Below are positions 36,773 to 46,317 of a DNA stretch of 64,000 nucleotides, piece by piece. The stretch lies in the NCBI GenBank assembly GCA_964359735.1, contig CAYHTZ010000006.1, positions 3,898 through 67,897 of the forward strand, given 5' to 3'. The translations under genes were made by a program, and so were the position numbers. Below the pieces are notes generated by a model. The model had not been told where the DNA came from. It made no database searches and saw only the letters and a list, made by a program, of their open reading frames with translations. The stretch comes from an uncultured Candidatus Saccharibacteria bacterium (lineage in GTDB: Bacteria; Patescibacteriota; Andersenbacteria; UBA10190). Position 1 is the first letter of the stretch. Each line of letters opens with the position of its first letter.

Positions 36773-37261
36773 CTACTCTTCGTACGGGAGTCGTCGTAGG
36801 ACGAACTTGCCTGTCTTGTGGTTTTCGGTGACGGTAATCTCCAGTGTATTGTTGGTGATCGCCCATGTTCCTTCAGCGGCTGGCTTGCTGGGCTGGTCAA
36901 TCAGGATAGTGTTACCTTTGACAGAGTAGGTGGTGTAGAAGCGGCAGGGTTGCGGCTGGCGGTGGATGTCAAGTATGCCCTCGGTGCAGACGTGATCCTT
37001 TTCAAAGAGAAAGTAACTTTCTGTGGCACCTGGGGCGGATTGTACGATAGTTTTTGGGTTACCACTATCATCTTCTGCCAAGATTTGTTCGACTTTCCAC
37101 AGGCCTTGCAGCTGGTTTTCTTTTCCGAGCAGCGACGATAGTTCGACATCGGGAAGTTTCCCCGGCAGTGGAATGGGTTTTTGGGTAACTCCAACGAGGT
37201 AGCCCACCGCAATACCGCCGAGAACAATGAGGATAACAAGAATAGTCAGCGCGACCCGCAT
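36773..37261 (-). CDS. membrane-anchored hypothetical protein
   Basis: TM segment MRVALTILVILIVLGGIAVGYLVG. Confidence 0.45.
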   Translation of the reverse strand: MRVALTILVILIVLGGIAVGYLVGVTQKPIPLPGKLPDVELSSLLGKENQLQGLWKVEQILAEDDSGNPKTIVQSAPGATESYFLFEKDHVCTEGILDIHRQPQPCRFYTTYSVKGNTILIDQPSKPAAEGTWAITNNTLEITVTENHKTGKFVLRRLPYEE

Positions 37262-37315
37262 GGGTGTAGTATACTGCATGTGATGGAAGTAGCACCTCGG
37301 CCGGCGTCTGCGCCA

Positions 37316-37846
37316 ATGAGTGTCAGAGCGATAGTTCTCTGGTTGGTGGTTAGCGCGGTGGTGGGGGCATTGGTACTCATGGTTGCTCTTTTGGCCATGA
37401 GCCGTTCTCGGCTCCAGGCCAGGAATGTTCAGCTGGAAAAGGACCTTGTTTTCTACCAGAGCACGGATCTGGCTAAGGAGCTGGAGATTTCCCGTCTTAC
37501 GTTGCGGGACAGTGAAGCGCAGCAGGCAGAGGCTAAGCAGAAGTTGGCGGCGGCTGAGAGTGCATTGCTGGCGCTTCGTCAGGAACTGGCGCGGATACCA
37601 TCTATAACGAACATCATTAGTATGATGATGGCCACGTTTGCCAAGCAGCCTCCCAGCTGCTACAGCGCGGCTGACCGGGAAAACGTAGACCAGGCTCTGG
37701 CAGCGCTGGGAGACTCGGCTTGGAGCAGCTTGTGGAGTAGCTTTGTCAGTAGCACAGTGTCGGCGAACTGCAGTTTTTCTCCAGAACTACTCGAGAAAGC
37801 AGTTGTCTATGGTCTAAATAGGGTTTCTGACATGGCGAAGCAATAG
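37316..37846 (+). CDS. membrane-anchored coiled-coil hypothetical protein
   Basis: Start uncertain (37283 or 37316). Confidence 0.4.
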   Translation: MSVRAIVLWLVVSAVVGALVLMVALLAMSRSRLQARNVQLEKDLVFYQSTDLAKELEISRLTLRDSEAQQAEAKQKLAAAESALLALRQELARIPSITNIISMMMATFAKQPPSCYSAADRENVDQALAALGDSAWSSLWSSFVSSTVSANCSFSPELLEKAVVYGLNRVSDMAKQ

Positions 37847-37900
37847 TTATCCACAGCTGGCGTGTAACTCCTGGTTTTCAAAAGGGTATAATTTTTCACG

Positions 37901-38884
37901 ATGGTTCATAAAGGAGGGAGGAAGAAGCGATTCAAAAAACTGGCGCCCATAACCTTGCTGGCGGGAGCGGCATTGGTGGGAGCTGTACTAGTTCAGAAAG
38001 GCTCTTTTTTTCAAACAAGCGGGAGGTCACCAAAGATTGAATCAGTCTCACCATCTCCCATCGTAGTTGGGAAAGAGTTTACCGTTACGGGTTCTGGATT
38101 TACCACCGAGGAGGAATATGAAGTCTTTAAGGGGAAGGGCTCTGTTGTAGCAGAACCAAGAAGAGATGTCTTAACTTCCTATCCAGGCAATTGGTACCAG
38201 TTGAGAGGGAGACTGCATGGCCGTCCAGTTTTTTCGCCAGATGGGAAGACGCTTACGTTTGAGCTTAGTTTAAGCTCTAAAGAGGTGCCGGAAAATTGTC
38301 TTACAGAAACAACTGGTAAAAAGTGCCAAATTCCAATCCAAATAGTTAATGCCGCCGGGGTGGCAAGTAATGTTAAGCTGATAGAAGTTTTTATTCCCGA
38401 GATTAAACCACTCATTTTCTCTTCAGCCTATGCTCTCGATAACCCCACCAGTCTGAATGTTCCGGCTGGAGCTACGGATGTTGATGTAGCAAAGGTAAGA
38501 GTGAGAGCCGGTGCCCAAAATGATGCTGACGTAATACTTAGTAGTCTGATGGTTCAAACAGGCCCACCGACGCTTTCGATTGATTGTTACAATACCTTCG
38601 CAAACGTTAAAGTATATGAGGTTGAGAGCGGTCAGGCAGTCGGAATTGGAGTTCTTGGTCCATCATGGGCAAACTCTGGTTGTTGGGATATTTTTCCAAC
38701 ATATGTTGTTCTCCCACCGGGAACCGAAAAAACACTTCTTCTTAAAATGTCACTAAAGTCGACAGCCCAAGTGGGTCTGCAATTTAACTTAGGATTAACC
38801 ACTGGTTCGACTGGCTATATTGAAGAGATAGATTATCCTGCTCCTCAAGGATCAAGCCCCACGATCACCATAGTTGCTCCTTAA
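37901..38884 (+). CDS. secreted hypothetical protein (Ig-like/beta-rich)
   Basis: Signal peptide; lower GC. Confidence 0.5.
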   Translation: MVHKGGRKKRFKKLAPITLLAGAALVGAVLVQKGSFFQTSGRSPKIESVSPSPIVVGKEFTVTGSGFTTEEEYEVFKGKGSVVAEPRRDVLTSYPGNWYQLRGRLHGRPVFSPDGKTLTFELSLSSKEVPENCLTETTGKKCQIPIQIVNAAGVASNVKLIEVFIPEIKPLIFSSAYALDNPTSLNVPAGATDVDVAKVRVRAGAQNDADVILSSLMVQTGPPTLSIDCYNTFANVKVYEVESGQAVGIGVLGPSWANSGCWDIFPTYVVLPPGTEKTLLLKMSLKSTAQVGLQFNLGLTTGSTGYIEEIDYPAPQGSSPTITIVAP

Positions 38885-38895
38885 TCCGTGGTGCT

Positions 38896-38918
38896 GATTC
38901 CGCTCCAGGAGCGGAATT
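38896..38918. terminator. hairpin GATTCCGCTC-CAG-GAGCGGAAT between convergent genes
   Basis: Same GATTCC...GGAATC outer stem as the 35491/36725 repeats. Confidence 0.35.
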
Positions 38919-38981
38919 GGGGACTGCAAGCTTTTTCAATCTCCTTACACCTACGAAGTGTAAAGAGGTGTGTCAGTGAGC

Positions 38982-40127
38982 TTAGAACGTAGCGCACTGG
39001 CCGTAGACTTTGAGCTGCATGGTGCCCGAAGTGAGGTTGCGGGTGCTGAACTTCCAGAATCCGTTGGCGGTGGTGTAGTACGAATTGTCGATTGGGCTGC
39101 CGAAGGAATACCCTCCCATGACGAGCAAGCCCTCGGTACAAGCCACGTCGCTGCCGTCTCGTACATTCGAGGGAATGTTTTTGTTCTTCTGGATTTGAGT
39201 GAGAGTGATGGGTCCACCGGAGTAACAATTTACGAAGACGGAGAGAGGATGTGATGATCGCGTGGGGTTTTTGGCCTTTATCTGCCAGCCGTTGCCGACT
39301 CGGTTTGAGAAAATGACTTGCAGGTTGTCGGCGTAAAAACCGCCGCTTAGCGCCGTGTGTCCGTCGGGGCAGTCTTTAGTTACCTCACCGATGGCGCCGG
39401 AGGCGACGGTGGTGCTGTCCGCTCGGACTGATACCGACCCGGGCAGCCCCGAGACGCATTGGGCTCGGGCAGATAGGCCCGCGGGGGCGAGCGCTGAATT
39501 GTGAGCCTCAACATACCACCCTTGTCCAGATCGGTAGCTGCGCCAAATTTCGGTGTCGTAGGTGGCGGTAAAGCCTCCGCCGACAATCGTTGACCCGGCG
39601 GGGCATTCGGCGCGCGCAGAAGCGGAGCCGCCAGCGGCGACTGTGGATTGGCTACTGGAGCTAAGAAGTTCCGGAGTTGGGGCGGGTGTTGAGGTGGGAG
39701 TGGCTGCTTCTTCTGGCGTAGGTGTGGCGGTAGTGCTACCTGTCCCGAAGCGTGGTTGGGGGCGTGCGTAGGTGGGAGAAGGTGTGCTAGCAGACGCAGC
39801 GCCAGTTGCCGCCGGAGATGGTTCCGAGATTGATTGAGATGAAGAGGCTGAAGATAATGTTTCCGTACCTTGCTCGTCAGCTTCTTTAGTGAGATTTTCT
39901 ACTTCGTCAGCTACGGGGAGCTTACCAAAGATGCCGAAATTATTGCGAGTGAGTGGGGTGGTGAGTGAAGTTTGGGCTGTGAAGAGCCACACGATGCCGC
40001 CGGCCAGAGTAATTAAAGCCAAACCAATAATTATAATGACAAGGATACGCTCGAGGTGCTTTTCGGTAAGAAGTTTCTTTTCTGGTGCAGACGAGGGAAT
40101 AGTCGGAGTGATATTTTCTGGTGTCAT
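38982..40127 (-). CDS. membrane-anchored hypothetical protein with duplicated Cys-containing domain (CP.G.T..GGGF)
   Basis: TM segment; internal duplication. Confidence 0.5.
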   Translation of the reverse strand: MTPENITPTIPSSAPEKKLLTEKHLERILVIIIIGLALITLAGGIVWLFTAQTSLTTPLTRNNFGIFGKLPVADEVENLTKEADEQGTETLSSASSSQSISEPSPAATGAASASTPSPTYARPQPRFGTGSTTATPTPEEAATPTSTPAPTPELLSSSSQSTVAAGGSASARAECPAGSTIVGGGFTATYDTEIWRSYRSGQGWYVEAHNSALAPAGLSARAQCVSGLPGSVSVRADSTTVASGAIGEVTKDCPDGHTALSGGFYADNLQVIFSNRVGNGWQIKAKNPTRSSHPLSVFVNCYSGGPITLTQIQKNKNIPSNVRDGSDVACTEGLLVMGGYSFGSPIDNSYYTTANGFWKFSTRNLTSGTMQLKVYGQCATF

Positions 40128-40891
40128 AGGTTAGGAAGGAGTGAGGAAAAGAAATCAGCGAATGATTCGAACCACGACGGTTTGTCGGTAATTCCCTTCA
40201 CTTGCTTTTTCGATGTTTGAATTTTAGCGGTTGGTTGATACTCAATTTTTAGTCGTGGGGAGTGGCCCGGTGGCATATCAAGACCGAATTGTTCAGAGGC
40301 TTCCGGGCGCTGCGAATCCGTACTCTCGAAGGCAATGGCGTAATCATTTTCTTCCCAACTAGTTGGGTCCACATCCGGATTGCCGAGGTCGGCCGGCTGG
40401 GCGGAGACTGAGAAACCGCGGTTACTTTCCGGGTGACGGAGCCAATCTTTGACTACCTCGGTGACATCGAATGAGACCCACGTCTGGGCGCCTTGTTCCA
40501 TGACCGCCTCCACGTACGGGGAGTTTAGATTAATGCCGGGCCCGCGGACGGGAAAATTCTCCACTGTCCAATCATCTTCAGCTGGAGTGACGCGGACGCG
40601 AATGCGACCATGCCCAAATCCGCCGAAATGATACACCTGGAACAGGACGCGGCTGATTTGCGCGACGGGGGGAGCGTCGCTCAATTCATCGAATTTTACG
40701 CCGAATCGTGATTGGGTGAAGAAGTGGCTGCCTTCTAACCAGAGGTAGTAGGTGTTGAACGGGTAGCGGTCTGGTTCAAACTTGTCGCCCATGGCGTCCT
40801 GGGTGGCGTTAATCTGCATGGTGGCGGCCGAAGCGGGCAGCGCTGTGAGGATAGCGGACAGGAGGCTGAATATGATGGCGAGAGTTTTCAT
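40124..40891 (-). CDS. secreted hypothetical protein (DNRLRE-like domain?)
   Basis: Signal peptide; paralogous to the next gene. Confidence 0.45.
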   Translation of the reverse strand: MKTLAIIFSLLSAILTALPASAATMQINATQDAMGDKFEPDRYPFNTYYLWLEGSHFFTQSRFGVKFDELSDAPPVAQISRVLFQVYHFGGFGHGRIRVRVTPAEDDWTVENFPVRGPGINLNSPYVEAVMEQGAQTWVSFDVTEVVKDWLRHPESNRGFSVSAQPADLGNPDVDPTSWEENDYAIAFESTDSQRPEASEQFGLDMPPGHSPRLKIEYQPTAKIQTSKKQVKGITDKPSWFESFADFFSSLLPNL

Positions 40892-41607
40892 CTTGCGCCT
40901 GCGCGGGTTATACCAATAATCAGCGTCGGGGAGGACCCTAGCTCACGTGGGGTTAAGTCTTGAAGATCGGCGCTGCCGTTTGCGCGGGATTCTTTGCTAA
41001 AGAAAGCTACACCGAATGCACAATAGCAGGGGTTGGGAACATCGGCGGTAATGAACATGCCGTTGTTGGGCTGGCCATCTTCTAGCCACTTGCGCACAAT
41101 GCTCCTCACATCCAGTGTGACTGTTTGCCGGAAGAAACGCAGGCCATCCACGATGACCCGCGGTGATTGTTCTGACCAGGTATTGAACGACTCGGCGTCA
41201 AAAAATGGAGCGGTGGGGTGGTCCCAGACGACTTGGTTTTCGCCATTGAACATATCTTCCAGGCGGTGAGCACGGATTGGGGTAGAGCCCCAGCCGCGTT
41301 GCACGACTTGGGTTAATTTCAATTGCGCAGAATCGACACGGTCGCCGGGATTCAGATGAATGGAGCTCACGTCAAAATGGATCAAAATTTTCGAAGGAAT
41401 TTCACTGCTGGGTGGATCACTATAGTAGACCAGAAAGAGATACGGTTCCGATCCAAAATTTTCCTGCGGATGGTGGGGAAAGACGGTGGTGTCGCGGTCG
41501 GGTGCGAGCGTGAATTTTTCAGCGGCGCTTGCTGGATGGTACGTAAAGAGCGCTAGCATTCCCCCGATTGCCACCGTGCTAAGAAGAAGGAAGGAGCGCT
41601 GACTCAT
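40888..41607 (-). CDS. secreted hypothetical protein, tandem paralog of 40124-40891
   Basis: LDVRSIVRKWLEDGQPNNGMFITAD vs FDVTEVVKDWLRHPESNRGFSVSAQ. Confidence 0.45.
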   Translation of the reverse strand: MSQRSFLLLSTVAIGGMLALFTYHPASAAEKFTLAPDRDTTVFPHHPQENFGSEPYLFLVYYSDPPSSEIPSKILIHFDVSSIHLNPGDRVDSAQLKLTQVVQRGWGSTPIRAHRLEDMFNGENQVVWDHPTAPFFDAESFNTWSEQSPRVIVDGLRFFRQTVTLDVRSIVRKWLEDGQPNNGMFITADVPNPCYCAFGVAFFSKESRANGSADLQDLTPRELGSSPTLIIGITRAGAR

Positions 41608-41622
41608 ACCTACCTGCTGATA

Positions 41623-42108
41623 GTGTATACTGGAGTTATGAAGCTGGGAATGGTCGGGGTGGCGGTGGTAGCACTGCTGGTTGGAGCAACTGCCGGGTGG
41701 TTTGCGGCTCAATATTATCAGGGGTCAAACACGGGTATGAGCAAGACAGAGCTGCCTGATTCGCTGCCGGTAGTGGTATTTCAGCAGGCCGGGTTGCTGT
41801 CGGCGCGGGATAAAACCTTGCTGGAGGAGCGGGTGATTCAGCCAATGATTGATTACCACAACGAGAACGAGGTCAAGATTGTGACTATCTCAGTGAAGAC
41901 ACCGGCTCACAGCGGGGAGGAATACGACATTGAAACGTTCTTCGTGGGGGGCGTCTATGAAGGGATGATATGGGGGAAGAAAGATGGAGACATTCCTTAC
42001 TGGGTGCCTGGCTGTCTTGGGCCGTGTGCGTTGAGTGATACTTTCCGCGCGAAGCACCCAGAGATCGTGGCGCAGATGAAAAAATACGGGACTCTAGCGG
42101 AAGATTGA
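41623..42108 (+). CDS. membrane-anchored hypothetical protein
   Basis: N-terminal TM segment. Confidence 0.4.
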   Translation: MYTGVMKLGMVGVAVVALLVGATAGWFAAQYYQGSNTGMSKTELPDSLPVVVFQQAGLLSARDKTLLEERVIQPMIDYHNENEVKIVTISVKTPAHSGEEYDIETFFVGGVYEGMIWGKKDGDIPYWVPGCLGPCALSDTFRAKHPEIVAQMKKYGTLAED

Positions 42109-42123
42109 TTGTAGGCGCTGGCG

Positions 42124-42759
42124 TTAGAGCAGATGGAAAGAGTCTAGAATTTGCTGGAAGACTTCGCGGCCTTGGGGGTATGTGTCAGGGTTGTACACAA
42201 AAGAGAAGGTGTAGGTAACGCCTTCATGGTGGATCATGGCATCGACCTGCTGGCCGAGCATGGTGCTGGGGTCGTTCTGGGCTCGGAATGAACCGGGAAT
42301 GCTATCAATAATAATCGGTCGGCTGGCGATGCCGGGACGGCTCATCACTTCATTGGGGTCACCGGGGCCGGCGTGCAAGCCGAATGACGCGCCGCGTTCG
42401 TAGTACTGGGGAACAAAGGGGCCATCGGTGTTTTCGTCAGCGCGAACAGAAAAATCAGGGCTTTGGGCACTGATGTAAGATAGTCTCACGCCTTTCTTGC
42501 CTTCACTGGCTGTAACTTTCCAGCCCGTGGGAAGAGTGATGCTATAAAGATTTGATTTGTCAGTGATGAGTTCCCCTTCGAGGGTTGGCAGGGGTGTTGG
42601 CGCTGGGGCGAGCCCCGTTTCAGAGGGACTGGCAGTTCCGCTCGCAGGAGCGGAACTTGTCTGAAACGGGGTAGGGCTTCTTAAGACAGCGTACCAGATT
42701 GCGGCCGCAAGGATGGCGAGGATAATAGCTGGACCAATCAGTAAAGGAAGACGTCGCAT
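42124..42759 (-). CDS. membrane-anchored hypothetical protein
   Basis: TM segment then linker TPFQTSSAPASGTASPSETG shared with the 14081 gene. Confidence 0.5.
   Translation of the reverse strand: MRRLPLLIGPAIILAILAAAIWYAVLRSPTPFQTSSAPASGTASPSETGLAPAPTPLPTLEGELITDKSNLYSITLPTGWKVTASEGKKGVRLSYISAQSPDFSVRADENTDGPFVPQYYERGASFGLHAGPGDPNEVMSRPGIASRPIIIDSIPGSFRAQNDPSTMLGQQVDAMIHHEGVTYTFSFVYNPDTYPQGREVFQQILDSFHLL
42613..42671. repeat. 59-bp nested palindromic cassette inside the CDS (outer arms CCCCGTTTCAGA/TCTGAAACGGGG, inner GTTCCGCTCGCAGGAGCGGAAC)
   Basis: Related to 14664-14729. Confidence 0.45.
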
Positions 42760-42775
42760 ACCGTGATGCTTCTTA

Positions 42776-43990
42776 TTGTATACTTTCGGTGTGAATTATG
42801 GAAAACTAGTGATTGTTTTTGCGGCCGGGCTGGCGATTTTTGGGCGAGCGCCCCAACTTTTTTTTGACCCGCGGCTGTGGGCGGAGGAAGTGACGGTGTA
42901 CTTGGAGCGGGGGCTCACCTGGCCGTGGTATCAAGCAATTTGGCTTCCCGATAGCGGCTACGTTAATTTGCTCGCGAATGGAGTTGGTATTCTGGAAGCG
43001 AGATTTGTGCCACTCGAATATGCTCCGGTTGTGCCACTCGTCGTTTCCTATCTCATCATGCTGCTGCCAATTGTGCTCGTGGTATGGAGCACAGGGGCTT
43101 GGCAGAATATTTGGAGTAAAGTCGCAGCTGCGGCGGTGATTGTGCTCACAGTGCCAAATCAGGAAGTGTGGCTGAATAGTATTACAAGCCAGTTTCACTT
43201 GAGTCTCGCTACCGGAATTATTTTGGCGCTGCCAGCGGTGGAATCTCTACGCCTGAAGTGGCTGCATCGCGCTGTTATTATTCTCGCCGGCCTGGGCGGC
43301 GCGGCTTCGATTCTACTGGCGCCATTGTTTATTTTTCGAGCTTGGAAGGATCGCTCCCGCGAGCGCGCTCTTCAGGCGGCAATACTGGCTGGTGTGGTGA
43401 TAGTGCAGCTTCTTATTTCGGCGCACTATGGATTGGGCAACCATGTGGTGAAGTTTATGCCCGGTATGTGGTGGCTCGTGATTATGGTGAAGAGTATGCT
43501 GTTGCCTTTCTTGGGAAGCGGAGGTGCTGCCGATCTCATCCCGCTATCTTGGCCGATGTACATTGGCGTGAGTGTGGCGGCCGTGAGTGGGGTAGTGGCG
43601 ATGTGTTGTGCGAAGGTAGCAGAAGCTCGCTGGCTCATAACATCCGCGCTCGCATTGATATTTTTTTCGCTCATTCTTTCGCTCGATGCACCAGCGAAAT
43701 TAGTGTCGCACTTGGTTGGTAACCGGTACTTCTTTGCGCCGAATGCCTTGCTGGGGTTAGCGTTGGTGGCCTGGATGTTTCATGTGCCATTTAAGAAAAA
43801 ATGGACGCGTGGGGTAGGAGTTTTTGTACTTATCTGGCTTGCAGTTGTAGGTGTGTGTGAATATTTCAATGCAGATCCGTTGTTTTTTGAAGGGCCGTCG
43901 TGGCGGACAGAGATTCACGCGTGGCGAGAGGATGCCTCGCATGTAGTTCGCGTCTGGCCGCGACCCTGGACGTGGGAAGTGCCACTTTAG
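42776..43990 (+). CDS. polytopic integral membrane protein of unknown function
   Basis: About 10 predicted TM segments. Confidence 0.5.
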   Translation: MYTFGVNYGKLVIVFAAGLAIFGRAPQLFFDPRLWAEEVTVYLERGLTWPWYQAIWLPDSGYVNLLANGVGILEARFVPLEYAPVVPLVVSYLIMLLPIVLVVWSTGAWQNIWSKVAAAAVIVLTVPNQEVWLNSITSQFHLSLATGIILALPAVESLRLKWLHRAVIILAGLGGAASILLAPLFIFRAWKDRSRERALQAAILAGVVIVQLLISAHYGLGNHVVKFMPGMWWLVIMVKSMLLPFLGSGGAADLIPLSWPMYIGVSVAAVSGVVAMCCAKVAEARWLITSALALIFFSLILSLDAPAKLVSHLVGNRYFFAPNALLGLALVAWMFHVPFKKKWTRGVGVFVLIWLAVVGVCEYFNADPLFFEGPSWRTEIHAWREDASHVVRVWPRPWTWEVPL

Positions 43991-43993
43991 GAA

Positions 43994-44767
43994 TTAGTTG
44001 TAGATGGCGGCGGTGCCGGAAATGTCGCCAGTGGTGAGCGTATTTTTCTTTACTTCGCCTTTGGAACCGTAGCCATACATAGTGTTGTCCACGTAGTCGG
44101 CGGTGTACATATCATCCAGGCCCAGCCAGTGGCCCAATTCGTGGTTCATAATATTTTCCGCATCGTAGGCAGTGGATTCGGCACACTGGGCTTGAGTGGA
44201 CCACCTCCAGGAGAATTTTTTGTTCATAATGGTGTCAACGTCAACTACTTGGCCGGTGGACGTGTAGTAGCGCACGTAGGTGACACCAAGCGCGGAGCCA
44301 GAGGTGCGGCCCCAAGCGATGACGTTTTTCCCGTCGTAGGCTTGGCGGGTGACAGATGTGTTTGGTCCTTGGGTGAATGTAACTTTACTGTTGGCGGCGG
44401 CGGTCCAGTCAGCGAATCCGTTTCCCACAATAGTAGGTAAGTTGCTGCCACCCACGGAAGACGGCACGCTGCTGGGGTTCAAATTGTATGTCCAGTTGGC
44501 GGGAAGCTCCCAGCCGGCGGCACCTACCAAGGCGGCAGAGTCGGGGTCAGCGAGGTTGCAGACAAGCGCGGAAGATTCGTCTCTGGTTGGCCGTTCTGGG
44601 TGTGCGAAAACACGCACGTGTATTCCAGGATGTTCGGGATCGGGATAGTCGCCACTCTCTGCAGGAATGTCAGAAGGTCTGCCGTGGGCGGCACTGGCGA
44701 CGTGTGCGACAGCGATAAGAGTAAAAGCAGCGATGATACTGGCGATGGTCAGGGCAGGTTTGCTCAT
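43994..44767 (-). CDS. secreted zinc metalloprotease (metzincin-like)
   Basis: HELGHWLGLDD (HExxHxxGxxD/H) motif; signal peptide. Confidence 0.7.
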   Translation of the reverse strand: MSKPALTIASIIAAFTLIAVAHVASAAHGRPSDIPAESGDYPDPEHPGIHVRVFAHPERPTRDESSALVCNLADPDSAALVGAAGWELPANWTYNLNPSSVPSSVGGSNLPTIVGNGFADWTAAANSKVTFTQGPNTSVTRQAYDGKNVIAWGRTSGSALGVTYVRYYTSTGQVVDVDTIMNKKFSWRWSTQAQCAESTAYDAENIMNHELGHWLGLDDMYTADYVDNTMYGYGSKGEVKKNTLTTGDISGTAAIYN

Positions 44768-44826
44768 AGTGTGAGTATACCTATTCTATACGCCTTTTTG
44801 AGAAAAGGTGTCAAGTGGCTTGTGCC

Positions 44827-45492
44827 TTACGGCGTGGTCAAAGGGCCTTTCCGGCGCAGCCATTGGAGGACGTGTTTTATGACGATGAGCCACCAGAACA
44901 GCCAGAATATCCACGGAATCCACCACCACAGCCAGCACCACCAAAACCACCAGCAGAACCCCCACCACCAGCCCCAAATCAGCCAGGGGATAAACCAGAT
45001 CCACGGAATCCACCACCACCACGGCCAGGGCCAAGCAAATACCCAAAAGCGCTGTCTCCACCATTGCCAGGAAAAGACGAACCAGGGAATCCACCACAGG
45101 AACCCCCAGATGAGTCCCCACTGCCACCCCCAGTGCAGCCACTGGGGGAGATTTTCCAGAAGTTCGCTTGGCTGGGATAGCTGCATGTCTGTCGTGGTTA
45201 TGTCGGCCTGCTCTTGGCTTTGTTTTTCTAGGGCTTGCAGGCGCTCCTCAAAGTTTTGGATAACGTCAGTTTGCTCGATGGTTTGGGAGAGTGTGTCGAG
45301 CTGTTGCGGTTGGAGTTGTGACCGAGATTGGCTGGCTGCTTGGGGAGCAGGGGCTTCAGTTGCTGCCTGGTGGGTAGCGGTCTCATTGGTTTGGGCCCGC
45401 TGTGTGCCGGTGCCGGGAGCGGCAATTTGGGCCATGGTGATAGCTGGCAGCAGCGCTATTGTCCCCGTCAGTAGTAACATGCGCCAAATCAT
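44827..45492 (-). CDS. secreted protein with Q-rich coiled coil and a hyper-tryptophan-rich C-terminal about 100 aa
   Basis: Signal peptide MIWRMLLLTGTIALLPAITMA; about 38 Trp in the last about 100 residues; the opposite strand would need almost exclusive CCA Pro codons, atypical for this genome (CCG/CCC preferred in recA). Confidence 0.55.
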   Translation of the reverse strand: MIWRMLLLTGTIALLPAITMAQIAAPGTGTQRAQTNETATHQAATEAPAPQAASQSRSQLQPQQLDTLSQTIEQTDVIQNFEERLQALEKQSQEQADITTTDMQLSQPSELLENLPQWLHWGWQWGLIWGFLWWIPWFVFSWQWWRQRFWVFAWPWPWWWWIPWIWFIPWLIWGWWWGFCWWFWWCWLWWWIPWIFWLFWWLIVIKHVLQWLRRKGPLTTP

Positions 45493-45547
45493 GCTACTGG
45501 TGTACCACCTGGGTGAACTTTCGGTCAAGTGGAGTAAGATTAGGCAT

Positions 45548-46303
45548 ATGACTCAGCGTTGGTATCTGGTAGTGGGTAGTGTTGGCTTGATCGGGCTGGT
45601 TGTAATTGTTAGTACATACCAGTACTGGACTTCGCGCGGAAGAGAGCGCGTGGAGGGGTTGAGTAGCTTTGTCGAGAGGTTTACTGGAGACAAAGTCAAC
45701 ACGAGTACCTACGGCACAAAAAGCACGGGAGGGGGCACCATCAACCAGAACAATGCTTTGATTACAGCAGGGAAGGGAACGGACAAGAAAGTTTGGAATG
45801 TGCTATTCACAAAAGACGATGTAAGTTTTACCGCAGATTTTACGTCGCAAGCGCTCGTCACACTCACCAATAAACCGCCACTGGATGGGGATGTGATGGC
45901 AATTCTGGGTGCGGAGAAGCGGTCGGTGGTGACCACGGGAGAAAATAGCGGGATTAATTGTGAACTGAGTATTGGCAGCCATGCCACTGGCGCAATCCTG
46001 CGCATGGAAAATGCCGCGGGGAAGGGAAGCAACAGCGTGGATGTTCCCAAGACGAAGGGCACCATGAAATTATCGTACAACGCCAAGAATAAAACGGTCT
46101 CGTGCAGTTTTGGGGAAGCGAAACTCAGTTTGCCGCAGACAGCGCCGGCCGGCCGCTATGCGCTGACGCTTCGCTCTGGCTTGCATAAGATTGTAGCGGC
46201 GCACGGGGATGGGGAACACGAACCGGTGGCCGAAAGTGTACAGGGCGGCACGGGGAATTTTACGGCCACGTTTGATGACTGGCAGGTGACGATGAAGAAA
46301 TAG
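45548..46303 (+). CDS. membrane-anchored hypothetical protein
   Basis: The His-rich upstream part of the 567-aa track ORF is judged spurious; start at MTQRWYLVVG. Confidence 0.5.
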   Translation: MTQRWYLVVGSVGLIGLVVIVSTYQYWTSRGRERVEGLSSFVERFTGDKVNTSTYGTKSTGGGTINQNNALITAGKGTDKKVWNVLFTKDDVSFTADFTSQALVTLTNKPPLDGDVMAILGAEKRSVVTTGENSGINCELSIGSHATGAILRMENAAGKGSNSVDVPKTKGTMKLSYNAKNKTVSCSFGEAKLSLPQTAPAGRYALTLRSGLHKIVAAHGDGEHEPVAESVQGGTGNFTATFDDWQVTMKK

Positions 46304-46317
46304 TATTAGAAAAGGCC

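Noticed and set aside
44600-45545. Plus-strand His-rich extension of the 567-aa ORF (HHHSQHHQNHQQNPHH...) and the plus-strand Pro-rich 121-aa ORF (44815-45180)
   Set aside because: Both are alternate frames of the CCA/TGG period-3 repeat. Near-exclusive CCA usage for Pro is atypical for this genome, and the minus-strand Trp frame has a signal peptide and a coherent N-terminus. The real plus-strand gene starts at 45548 (MTQRWY...).
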